A stretch of 64,000 bases of DNA. Source: Chrysomallon squamiferum (Eukaryota; Animalia; Mollusca). The stretch is from assembly GCA_012295275.1 (NCBI GenBank), contig CM022665.1:33852001-33916000 (forward strand), given 5' to 3'. The notes beneath the pieces are model-generated. The model saw nothing but the letters and a program-made list of their open reading frames with translations. It ran no database searches and was not told where the DNA came from. The translations under genes and the position numbers were made by a program. This document shows, piece after piece, positions 14,501 through 26,038 of the stretch (its first letter is position 1; every line of letters starts with the position of its first letter).

Positions 14501-15197
14501 CAATGATTAACCCTTTACACCGTTTAAACAACTGCTTGAGATCTGAACGCCTTCAATGCAGTCTCTTATGTGTGCGTACGATTGAAAGTTTCGGTGTGCG
14601 AGCGGTTGCGACGGGTGTTCGTCTCTTCTCAACAAACAGAAACACGCACTACCTCATCAAAATCAGATGCAATGATTAACCCTTTACACCGTTTAAACAA
14701 CTGCTTGAGATCTGAACGCCTTCAATGCAGTCTGTTATGTGTGCGTACGATTGAAAGTTTCGGTGTGCGAGCGGTTGCGACGGGTGTTCGTCTCTTCTCA
14801 ACAAACAGAAACACGCACTATCTGATCAAAATCAGATGCAATGATTAACCCTTTACAGCGTTTAAACAACTGCTTGAGATCTGAACGCCTTCAATGCAGT
14901 CTGTTACGTGTGTATACGATTGAAAGTTTCGGAGCGCGAGCGGTTGCGCGAGCGGTTGCGACGGTTCGTTCGTCTCTTCTCAACAAACAGAAACACGCAC
15001 TACCTCATCAAAATCAGATGCAATGATTAACCCTTTACACCGTTTAAACAACTGCTTGAGATCTGAATGCCTTCAATGCAGTGTGTTACGTGTGTATACG
15101 ATTGAAAGTTTCGGTGTGCGAGCGGTTGCGACGGGTGTTCGTCTCTTCTCAACAAACAGAAACAGGCACTACCTCATCAAAATCAGATGCAATGATT
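5549..15197. repeat. 169-bp tandem satellite array, ~57 monomers
   Basis: Monomer AATGATTAACCCTTTACACCGTTTAAACAACTGCTTGAGATCTGAACGCC...CATCAAAATCAGATGC recurs every 169 nt, as do the ORF starts. The left ~5 monomers are diverged, the interior is near-identical and the right end is abrupt. The consensus has 11 CpGs, one BglII site and one PmeI site. Confidence 0.98.
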
Positions 15198-15329
15198 TTA
15201 TTTTAAACAAAACAAAAGAACACTGTGCTGTTCTGCTTTGTACCTGTATTTGGTGTTTTGCTGGTGAGTGTGTGATTTATTTTTTGTGCTGGGGTGTCTG
15301 TGGTTAAATATTCATTCATTCAACTATCA

Positions 15330-16249
15330 GGTACATTGGTAGACGAGATTATAAAGCCAATATTATTATGAGGATGTGAAATCAAGAATATTATTAATTT
15401 AGTTATAACTGAAAGACTTTACTTGAAATATATATTATGATTTAAGAAGTCAACACCTAGTTTTATAGTTTATGGTGAATTAAGGAGATATCCACAGTCT
15501 ACGTATATTAAAGTAAGAATGATTGCAGTATAGGGAAAGGTTGTTAACTGCAAAAAGTTTAAATTGTCTGGTTTATAGTAGATGTTGTTATCGTATAACT
15601 ATAATATAAAAGACTGTCTCAAATCCTTGGTTATGTTCTATAAAAGCTATACTTAAAGTATCATATATGTCCTAGTGAATGTATTGTGGTTACAGCATGC
15701 TGTTAAAATAATTTTATGTGATATGTTCTTACAAAACTGGAATAGATATAAACTTAAGTCGTCAAAAGTATTTATTACACAATGCTTAAAGGTGAATTTA
15801 AATTAGAACGTTTTATGTTACAGCTGTCACTGAAAAATGCCAAAGAACTATGCAAATATAGAACCATTAATGTCAAACTTCCTATGGAATATTGAAAGGG
15901 AAGACAGAATATATCATTTATGTAATTCTGATACTGGCGATGAGTTCCACTATATTTTTAACAGTACATTTTTCTCTTTTGAGAGAAGTAAATATATACC
16001 ATATTATATACACAGACCAAATGCTACATCATTTCAACATTTATTTTCTATAACAAACAAAATCACTTTTGTATAAACTTTCCCGATTTTTACAAATTGT
16101 CAATGAGAGAATCAGTCTTCTGAGTTAAATAAAAATTAATATTTTTTATATCACTGCATAAAATACTGTTTCAATTAGATTTTGTTTATATGTTCTTAAT
16201 ACTGATCGCACTACAGTCTGGAGAGAAATAAACTTGTTGTCTTGTCTTG
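15330..16249 (+). mobile_element. 5'-truncated, degraded non-LTR retrotransposon (LINE ORF2 C-terminus, RTE-X-like)
   Basis: Fragments KKSTPSFIVYGELRRYP..IKVRMI and REDRIYHLCNSDTGDEFHYIF..FSFERSKYIPYYIHRPN match the C-terminal Cys/His region of LINE ORF2. The element ends in AATAAA plus a (TCTTG)-type tail at ~16227-16249. Clade assignment is from memory. Confidence 0.75.
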
Positions 16250-17439
16250 AAAGATGTTGTAAGTACTAATTAGGGGCAATAAAATGTATACAATCTTGAG
16301 ACTCATGGCAATTAATATTGCCGGTTGGTAGGTGAAGTAGAAACATAAATGTGTTTTTTATCTTTGTACTTGCTTGAATCTGAACGTATTTATCTCAGTG
16401 GACCAATGCGTCCTCTTATAAATAAAATCATAGTTGACATTAACTGATTTAGTCTACAAGTACATCTACAATGCCTCTTAGCATTGCTGAAAAACTAAAC
16501 TAATTGAGAATGTCAGAAAGAAAAGATTGGAAACTTATATCTGAAGAAAGAGGGAAACTTGAAATGTTTTTTTTACCTGAAACTGGGAAGGAGAAGAGGG
16601 ACTCTGTTGATTAGTCGAGTAACTATCATCTTAGTTTTGGAAAAAAGCTATTAATTTAGAATAACAATTAATTGGTGCTACTCGATCTAGTGATCTACAC
16701 CAAACAAATTCTACTTTGGTGTCTGATCTACGCGCTTATTTTAATTATTATTATTATTATTTTTTTTTTTTTTTTTTCACAAATGAAACAAATTTTCTTT
16801 TTATTATATATTTACAAGTTATATAAACAAGTATACAAATTTGAATCATTTTATTGATGAATTGAGCGAACATCTGCTAGAAAAAGGTGTTCGAGTTTCC
16901 TTCATTTCTCCACCATAATGATGACATGATGCAACGTTTTCTTCATCATCTACAAGGTCATTTCTCCGTAAAAATGCAAATGCCTACGTCTTGTCGCTGA
17001 TTACATTGTAAAAATCTTTAGCCAACATCTTTAGAAACTGAAACGTAAATGAACAAGTAAAATCATAGAGTAGATTACAGATGAACTACCAATTCATTAT
17101 ATCTATTCAGAAATTAAGTTTGCCTGGATGTGATGTTATTATATATATACATCATGCATTAATCTAAAAGTATCTTAAGATCTTCCTATCTAATCCATTT
17201 CCAATCCAAGCTAGGTCAAATCTGTTGTATTATATAAAGCTCTTATCTCATAGAAATTTCCTAGATATATATACATAAATATATATATATATTGTTTTTG
17301 TTTTTTGTTTGCTCTAGATCGCCCTTTAAGTTGTTGATCACTAGCCAAGCAGCACCAAATAATATTTGTTAAAACTAAATAGATAACTGGTCACAGTACT
17401 CCTCTTTTCAATGAACAATATTAATGGTACATTAAAACA

Positions 17440-17457
17440 TTATTATTATTATTATTA

Positions 17458-17506
<49 letters not shown>
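17440..17506. repeat. (ATT)n microsatellite
   Basis: Directly visible. It produces the poly-N and poly-I ORFs. Confidence 0.95.
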
Positions 17507-17507
<1 letters not shown>

Positions 17508-18995
17508 TTCGTGAATTGAACAGGCTTTTCTAAATGCAATTGAGCAGCTGATTGGTCCAGAGATCCCTGGACATCCCACGTGGAACTTAAGAACCAAAAC
17601 ACTCCAGAACAAGGCAACAACTGCCCCATGGCATCAAGGTATTCAATAAAAGTAAATAAAAAAGTATGTATATTTGAGAAAGACGATTTAAATTTATTTT
17701 TGAACTTGTACATGCTACGTGTAATTTCTGATATGTTTTGCCTACACTTACATCATACATATTTCTATTAGTTTCAACTTTAAGACAGAAATATGGAATA
17801 CTTTACCGGATATCTAGATATTTTGATATTTTAGAAACTTTATTTATCTACCTGCACACAGTTGCTAGCTCGGAACCCATTTCTTGATGCAAACAGAAAT
17901 AATGGATGCATTGAAGTAATTGTTTTGTGTAGTCCTATTTTTAATTTAATATTCATTTTGTAAATAATATTTATTTATTTATTTATTTTGTATTATTGTT
18001 GTTGTTATATATATATACAACAACAGCATTTGACATTATAAAGATTATATTTCTATTCAGTGTAACGATATAATCATTGGGTGGTTGCAAAAATCACTGT
18101 CTGGTCAAGTTGCTAATTGTGGTTTGTTTTGGAAACACATGGTACATTTATCTGGACGAAGGACAGACAGAAAAAACATTGTTTGTATATTACTATATAT
18201 TAATTAACATGAAAAAGCTTTAAATTGTTTTCTTGACTGAAAGTGCTCTAAATTCTCAGTATCTGTGATTGTAGGTCGACGTAAGACTGTGTCCTGTTCC
18301 ATATGTAGGAATGTTACTTATTAACAACATGTTTCCATACAGGAGATAATCGTTTAATTTTTAATAGTTTTAATCGGATATCATCAGTGTATTACAGTAT
18401 GTTATAGTAAAGACATAGGAAGTCCACTCAGTTCAAAATCAACTACATCTAAATAATAATAATAGTAATAATAATAACAATTGGTATGAATGAACTGTCT
18501 GTAGGTAACGTTGTTATATGTTGATTTATTATTTCAGTTTTATTTATATGTATATATTTTTTTTCATTTGTCTGCTGAATAAAATACTTAACAATGGTTG
18601 TTCAATTGTGCTATTTATAGTCTTAAGAGCACGTCCAATGAAATTCGTTGGAGTCCTGAATTTCGATGGCCGAACCCTGCTAAAGTTTATGGATTCTGTG
18701 GTCTCGAACAAGAAGCATTAATGAGAACAGCCAAAGATCCGAATAAAAAAAAAAACAGACTGGGAAACATTTGTTTCTGTAGACTGACCCAAAACTGCAA
18801 AGAGTGATAATTTACAGGTAAGAGGTAAAAAAAAAAAAAACATTTAAAAAAGAAGAAGAAAAATTTAGTCTACAATCATTTTACATTAATGTTAACTGTT
18901 TTTTTTTTTTTTAAATCATTCGTTAAGTTTAACATTATATTACTGTGTTTCTGTAAATTAAAAACGATATTCATTTACCAATTTCATTTACCAAT

Positions 18996-19029
18996 ATCTA
19001 TCTATCTATATCTATAATATCTATATCTA

Positions 19030-19072
<43 letters not shown>

Positions 19073-19099
19073 ATCTATATCTATATCTATATATATATA
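18996..19099. repeat. (ATCT)n/(AT)n compound microsatellite
   Basis: Directly visible. Confidence 0.9.
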
Positions 19100-19550
19100 A
19101 ACTGGTACAGAAAGTTAAATTACAGAAGATATAATCATTGGATTAATGGTGTAAGGGTCAGGTGTTTTGTTATATTCAAAAATATCTTAGTTGATCTTTT
19201 TTATTTTTTTTTTCCTGGGTCACGAGGGTGAATATGACACGACAATTTAGGGTCCATGGATGAATAATCAAACATACAGACATACTGATTAATAAAGCCT
19301 AAACTATGAAATTAGACTTTCTTCTGTTGCGTGTTTAGAATTACTTCTTTAATTTTTAAATAATCTGCCCTACTGAAGACAATCCATTCATTGTTTTTAT
19401 AGCTGTAAGAACTATTCATAATGTATTCTCTTCAAGAAATAAAAAGCTTTTATGAATATTTTAAAATATACATCATTTGCTCCATGTTAATTTTTTTTAT
19501 AATTTCTGTAAATAATAAAATATGGCCTTCAGCAATATTTATAGCAGTTC

Positions 19551-19585
<35 letters not shown>

Positions 19586-19838
19586 CATCTTTTTAAGGAG
19601 TTCTTCTCTGCTGTTCTTTTTATTTCTTTCAATCTTTCTTGTGACATTTTTTTTTTTATATACGTTTTGTCTCTTTTTCTTTCCCCATCTCTTCAGAAAA
19701 TAAGAATAATTCAAAGAATATTTTGATATTTTATTATTTTCATATTTGACTACTACTTACATTATATATACAAAAAGAAAATAATAATAATAATAAAAAG
19801 TAATTCTTAGAAAATCAACACAACATAATAAATGCCAG

Positions 19839-19844
19839 TTTATT
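19839..19844 (-). terminator. Poly(A) signal of the repeat-protein gene
   Basis: AATAAA lies 16 nt after the predicted stop and is followed by a GU-rich element (TATGTTGTGTTG). Confidence 0.55.
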
Positions 19845-19860
19845 CTTTCCGATGTATATT

Positions 19861-22800
19861 TCAGGCATTGTTTAGATATCTCTGAAAAAAAAAAGTAATA
19901 AAAATAATAAATAAATAGATAAATAAATAAATAAATAAAATTCTATCACAGTTATAAACAAAAGCATTCTGCTCTGAAGCAAATCTCCTTAATTAAATTA
20001 TTATGGTTAAGTAATAATGTCAAAAATTTCACACGAGGTGACATATTTCTTAGAACAGAAAAAGTAACGTATAGCAGTACAACACGTCGCAGTTATTTCC
20101 GAGGTGGTCGTGTTTTCAGTTGTTCGCTTCAGAAAACCTTCACTGCTAGTTTTTTGTTCGCGAGAAATGCTCCGATTCCAAGGATGAGAGTTCGACTTAT
20201 GGTCGAGACATCCAGTGACCTGCAAAGAAAAAACAGCAACAAATAAATTATATATATATATATTTAGAAAGCTGAATCGACATCAACTGTATTTTACCAA
20301 AGAATATACAAAAAAGAATAATCAGTTTAGCAACAATAATTATAATACAATTTTAAGAATACTACTAATAATTGTAACACTGCTACTAAAAAAGAGGAAG
20401 ATTGCTGTTTCAGACGATGATAGTGATGAACTATATATTTTATTTTAATCTAAGCTCACAGGATAAACAGCTTAATATAACTGCCATTTTATTTTAATAC
20501 GTATCTTTACATTTTGGGGTATTGTAATCAGCATACATGAAAAATAATACAAGTTAATGATATTAATAGCAAAACATTTTAGCTTCTAAAAATATATAAT
20601 TGCAGACTGTCAGTATTGTTTCTTCAACTTACCAAAAGGTTTGTGGTAGCTCCTCCCCTTTCTGACTGAACTTCATTGCTTTATCCTCCTCGGTGGTATC
20701 TAAAAATTCCGTTTCTGACTTTTCATCAGTTTTTATGAATACTTGTCCATTCAGTTTTGGATGGATGTACAATTCACTGAAGTGGCTTTGATCAAAAGCT
20801 AAAGTACTTATAATAGCCTGTTTTTCTTGAAATACAGATTTTCTTTCATGACGTCTTGTGTCAGCACGTCGACTATCAGCTCGCCTTACCAGGGATAAAG
20901 ATCTTCTTTCATGACGTCTTGTGACAGCATGTCTGGTATTAGCTCGCCTTTCCAGGGATACAGATCTTCGTTCATCACGTCTTATGTCAGCACGTTTAGT
21001 ATCAGCTCGCCTATCTAGGCATACAGATATGCTTTCATTACGTCTTGTGTCAGCACGTCTTTCCATTGTGACAGATCTTCGTTCATCACGTTTTGTGTCA
21101 GCACGTCCAGTATCAGCTCGTTTTTCCATTGTGATAGATCTTCGTTCATCACGTCTTGTGTCAGCACGTCTAGTATCAGCTCGCCTTTCCAGGGATACAG
21201 ATCTTCGTTCATCACGTCTTGTGTCAGCACGTCTAGTATCAGCTCGCCGTTCCAGGGATACAGATCTTCTTTCATCACGTCTTGTATCAGCACGTTCAGT
21301 ATCAGCTCGCCTTTCCATCGTGACAGATCTTCGTTCATCACGTTTTGTGTCAGCACGTCTAGTATCAGCTCGCCTTTCCAGGGATACAGATCTTCGTTCA
21401 TCACGTCTTGTGTCAGCACGTCTAGTATCAGCTCGCCTTTCCAGGGATACAGATCTTCGTTCATCACGTCTTGTGTCAGCACGTCTAGTATCAGCTCGCC
21501 GTTCCAGGGATACAGATCTTCTTTCATCACGTCTTGTATCAGCACGTTCAGTATCAGCTCGTCTTTCCATCGTGACAGATCTTCGTTCAGCACGTTTTGT
21601 GTCAGCACGTCTAGTATCAGCTCGCCTTTCCATCGTGACAGATCTTCTTTCATCACGTCTTGTGTCAGAACGTCTAGAATCAGCTCGCCGTTCCAGGCAT
21701 ACAGATCTTCGTTCATCACATCTTGTGTCAGCACGTCCAGTATCAGCTCGTTTTTCCATAGTGATAGATCTTCTTTCATCACGTCTTGTGTCAGAACGTC
21801 TAGTATCAGATCGCCGTTCCAGGGATACAGATCTTCGTTCATCACATCTTGTGTCAGCACGTCTAGTATCAGCTCGCCTTTCCAGGGATACAGACCTTCT
21901 TTCATCACGTCTTGTGTCAGCACTTCGAGTATCAGCTCGCCTCTCTAGGGATACAGATCTTCGTTCATCACGTCTTGTGTCAGCATGTCTGGTATTAGCT
22001 CGCCTTTCCAGGGATACAGATCTTCGTTCATCACGTCTTGTGTCATCACGTCTAGTATCAGCTCGCCTTTCCATCGTGACAGATCTTCTTTGATCACGTC
22101 TTCTGTCAGCACGTCTAATATCAGCTCGCCTTTCCAGGGATACAGATCTTCGTTCATCACGTCTTGTGTCAGCACGTCCAGCATCAGCTCGCCTTTCTAT
22201 CGTGACAGATCTTCGTTCATCACGTTTTCTGTCAGCACGCCCAGTATCAGCTCGCCTTTCCATCATGAAAGATCTTCTTTCATCACGTCTTCTGTCAGCA
22301 CGTCTAATATCAGCTCGCCTTTCCAGGGATACAGATCTTCGTTCATCACGTCTTGTGTCAGCACGTCCAGCATCAGCTCGCCTTTCTATTGTGACAGATC
22401 TTCGTTCATCACGTTTTCTGTCAGCACATCCAGTATCAGCTCGCCTTTCCAGGGATACAGATCTTCGTTCATCACGTATAGTATCAGCTCGCCTTTCCAT
22501 CGTGACAGATCTTCTTTCATCACGTCTTCTGTCAGCACGTCTAATATCAGCTCGCCTTTCCAGGGATACAGATCTTCGTTCATCACGTCTTGTGTCAGCA
22601 CGTCCAGCATCAGCTCGCCTTTCTATCGTGACAGATCTTCGTTCATCACGTTTTCTGTCAGCACGCCCAGTATCAGCTCGCCTTTCCATCATGACAGATC
22701 TTCTTTCATCACGTCTTCTGTCAGCACGTCTAATATCAGCTCGCCTTTCCAGGGATACAGATCTTCGTTCATCACGTCTTGTGTCAGCACGTCCAGCATC

Positions 22801-25110
22801 AGCTCGCCTTTCTATTGTGACAGATCTTCGTTCATCACGTTTTCTGTCAGCACATCCAGTATCAGCTCGCCTTTCCAGGGATACAGATCTTCGTTCATCA
22901 CGTATAGTATCAGCTCGCCTTTCCATCGTGACAGATCTTCTTTCATCACGTCTTCTGTCAGCACGTCTAATATCAGCTCGCCTTTCCAGGGATACAGATC
23001 TTCGTTCATCACGTCTTGTGTCAGCACGTCCAGCATCAGCTCGCCTTTCTATCGTGACAGATCTTCGTTCATCACGTTTTCTGTCAGCACGCCCAGTATC
23101 AGCTCGCCTTTCCATCATGACAGATCTTCTTTCATCACGTCTTCTGTCAGCACGTCTAATATCAGCTCGCCTTTCCAGGGATACAGATCTTCGTTCATCA
23201 CGTCTTGTGTCAGCACGTCCAGCATCAGCTCGCCTTTCTATCGTGACAGATCTTCGTTCATCACGTTTTCTGTCAGCACGCCCAGTATCAGCTTGCCTTT
23301 CCATCATGACAGATCTTCTTTCATCACGTCTTCTGTCAGCACGTCTAATATCAGCTCGCCTTTCCAGGGATACAGATCTTCGTTCATCACGTCTTGTGTC
23401 AGCACGTCCAGCATCAGCTCGCCTTTCTATTGTGACAGATCTTCGTTCATCACGTTTTCTGTCAGCACATCCAGTATCAGCTCGCCTTTCCAGGGATACA
23501 GATCTTCGTTCATCACGTATAGTATCAGCTCGCCTTTCCATCGTGACAGATCTTCTTTCATCACGTCTTCTGTCAGCACGTCTAATATCAGCTCGCCTTT
23601 CCAGGGATACAGATCTTCGTTCATCACGTCTTGTGTCAGCACGTCCAGCATCAGCTCGCCTTTCTATCGTGGATACAGATCTTCGTTCATCACGTTTTCT
23701 GTCAGCACGTCCAGTATCAGCCCGCCTTTCCAGGGATACAGATCTTCGTTCATCACGTCTTGTGTCATCACGTATAGTATCTGCTCGCCTTTCCATCGTG
23801 ACAGATCTTCTTTCATCACGTCTTGTGTCAGCACGTCCAGTATCAGCTCGTCTTTCCATTGTGATAGATCTTCTTTCATCACGTCTTGTGTCAGCACGTC
23901 TAGTATCAGCTCGTTTTTCCATCGTGATAGATCTTCTTTCATCACGTCTTGTGTCAGCACGTCCAGTATCAGCCCGCCTTTCCAGGGATACAGATCTTCT
24001 TTCATCACGTCTTGTGTCAGCACGTCTAGTATCAGCTCGTCTTTCCATCGTGACAGATCTTCGTTCATCACGTCTTGTGTCAGCACGTCCAGCATCAGCT
24101 CGCCTTTCCAGGGATACAGATCTTCTTTCATCACGTATAGTATCAGCTCGCCTTTCCAGGGATACAGATCTTCGTTCATCACGTCTTGTGTCAGCACGTC
24201 TAGTATCAGCTCGTCTTTCCATTGTGATAGATGTTCTTTCATCACGTCTAGTATCAGCTCGCCTATCCAGGGATACAGATCTTCTTTCATCACGTCTAGT
24301 ATCAGCTCGCCTATCCAGGGATACAGATCTTCTTTCATCACGTCTAGTATCAGCTCGCCTATCCAGGGATACAGATCTTCTTTCATCACGTCTTGTGTCA
24401 GCTCGCCTTTCCATCGTGACAGATCTTCGTTCATCACGTCTTGTGTCAGCACGTCTAGCATCAGCACGTCTAGCATCAGCTCGCCTTTCCAGGGATACAG
24501 ATCTTCTTTTATCACGTCTAGTATCAGCTCGCCTTTCCAGGGATACAGATCTTCTTTCATCACGTATAGTATCAGCTCGCCTTTCCAGGGATGCAGATCT
24601 TCGTTCATCACGTCTTGTGTCAGCACGTCTAGTATCAGCTCGCCTTTCCAGGGATACAGATCTTGTTTCATCACGTTTTGTGTCAGCATGTCTAGGGTCA
24701 CTTCGTCTTTCCATTGTGATAGATCTTCGTTCAACACGTCTTGTATTAGCACGTCGAGTATCAGCTTGTCTTTCTGAGGTTAATATCATCTTCGTTACTT
24801 CTTGACTTGTGCCTGGTCGAATTTTATTAGATTTTGTTTCTTCTTTCTGGGTACAGTTTTTGTCTGTTATGTTGTCTTGCTTGTTTTCCCTGTTTGCTAA
24901 TTTAAAACTGGCCTGGTCAGAATTTGGGGGGTTCATATTTTGTATTGGATCGGGTACTTTTATGAGGTCATCATTAATGGATTCTTTCTCTAAGAAGGAA
25001 ACAGTTGGTGTCTCGCTGGATATGGGGCTGTGGGTGTGTTCTGGACGTAGTCCTTGTAGTAGAAGTAAAATACATGATACCAATAAGAAAAACGTTGTTG
25101 TTTTCCTCAT
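19861..25110 (-). CDS. Secreted or membrane-anchored Arg/Asp/Glu/Ser-rich tandem-repeat protein, ~1,526 aa; coding exons 25110-20633, 20219-20138, 19881-19861
   Basis: A 4.5-kb ORF starts with a signal-peptide-like MRKTTTFFLLVSCILLLLQG. An acceptor TTCTTTTGTAG lies 19 nt before the ATG. The ORF's stop overlaps a consensus donor TG|GTAAGT (20633). Acceptor TTTCTTTGCAG (20220) continues in phase as WSLDVSTISRTLILGIGAFLANKKLAVK. A weaker donor AAG|GTTTTC and acceptor T10-CAG then give RYLNNA*. If that donor is unused the protein ends ..AVKVF* at 20129. Confidence 0.8.
20850..24770 (-). repeat. Coding minisatellite: 63-nt (21-aa) and 48-nt (16-aa) units, with 189-nt and 426-nt higher-order repeats
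   Basis: Units are RRADT-RRADT-RRDE-RRSVSLE (21 aa) and RRADT-RRDE-RRSVSLE (16 aa). Identical alternate-frame 74-aa ORFs at 22386, 22812 and 23427 are spaced 426 and 615 (426+189) nt apart. Confidence 0.95.
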
Positions 25111-25953
25111 GTCGACTTCGTTAGTTAGCCTACAAAAGAAAAGTTAAATAAAAAGTATTATTTTTATTTTTGCATTTATTAAAACTGTCACCTCTTCTGT
25201 TTAACCACTATATTAAAAAGATTATACATCTGACATCTGCCTAATAACTATTCTTTAAAAATATATATATATTTATAGCATAAACAAGAAAAGAAAAGAA
25301 AAAGAAAGAAAGAAAGAAAACTGCAACATGGAAAGCTTATATATAACTGAGTACTTGCAAACAGAAATATGCAAAAAAAGAAAATGATTATTTATATCTT
25401 GACTTTAAAGTTTGAGTGCCTTGTTGAATTCGTTTTCTTTAAATAATCGACAAACAAAATATAAATTAAACTATAATTTGAACATATAATGAAAATAATT
25501 GGTTTATTGTTTGCATATAAAAAAAAGTACTAATTTTTGACTTATTGATGAATATGATAGATGTTCAACATTTTTCTTCGTTCAAAAAATAATAGCCATA
25601 CAATATGTTAAAAATTTATAAATAAAGTAAACTAACAAATAAATAAAATAAGAAATATTGATTCAAGTAAACAACCAAAATAAATGAAAAGTATTAAATT
25701 AAGTCAATTAACAAATAACTTAATATAATTTAAATGAACAATTTCAACATTTGATTATGTAAGTTCTGATTCTCCCGTTTCAAATGGACATTCTGATTTA
25801 AATTTGACTTCATATAATAAAATAGTAAGTTTTCATAAAATACCCTAGAACTGTACTACTCCGTATATTTCTGAGTTACGTTTCAAGATTCAGCTTACTA
25901 AATCTAAAATGATAAACAAATATGATCTAGTATCTATGGCACTTTTTACTCAC

Positions 25954-26038
25954 TTTCAAGTAAAAACAGAAAAGCCAAACTCCAAATGTGCCGATTTTCG
26001 GTAGTTCTAGAATTCTGCGAATTTACCGCCTTTATATA
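25954..26038 (-). promoter_or_regulatory. Candidate TATA promoter and short non-coding first exon of the repeat-protein gene
   Basis: TATATAAAGG at 26038-26029, donor AAA|GTGAGT at 25954/25953 and acceptor at 25131-25130 just before the ATG. Two AP-1 consensus TGACTCA sites lie upstream (26244-26250, 26388-26394). Confidence 0.5.

Larger units (their letters stand above)
16850..19292 (+). pseudogene. Unprocessed pseudogene of a PhyH (phytanoyl-CoA dioxygenase-like, Fe/2OG) family gene
   Basis: Exon remnants: 17524-17638 AFLNAIEQLIGPEIPGHPTWNLRTKTLQNKATTAPWHQ; 17835-17915 ..PFLDANRNNGCIE; ~18081-18181 ..CFGNTWYIYLDEGQTEKTL; ~18260-18342 ..LCPVPYVGMLLINNMFPYR; 18621-18817 ..SNEIRWSPEFRWPNP..LMRTAKDPN; ~19219-19292 EYDTTI*GPWM..RHTD*. 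Lesions: frameshifts, TAG at 19248, donor GT>GA at 18343, lost last acceptor. Weaker remnants at ~16850 and ~17120. Confidence 0.8.

Noticed and set aside
5549-15197. CRISPR-like array or CENP-B box in the satellite
   Set aside because: There are no unique spacers and the context is eukaryotic. TTCG and CGGG are present but not at CENP-B box spacing (TTCGnnnnAnnCGGG).
5513-15307. Dozens of near-identical ~92-aa ORFs
   Set aside because: They are artefacts of a 169-bp (3n+1) satellite read through successive frames, mostly from GTG starts, with no gene structure.
20921-24805. Long antisense ORFs (930, 879 and 390 aa) and alternate-frame ORFs over the repeat gene
   Set aside because: They are expected when a stop-free 3n repeat unit is amplified. 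They are confined to the repeat, whereas the minus-strand frame has a unique signal peptide, tail and splice signals.
26001-26018. Heat-shock element-like GTTCTAGAATTC
   Set aside because: Only two correctly spaced nGAAn units are present, and the site lies downstream of the TATA box.
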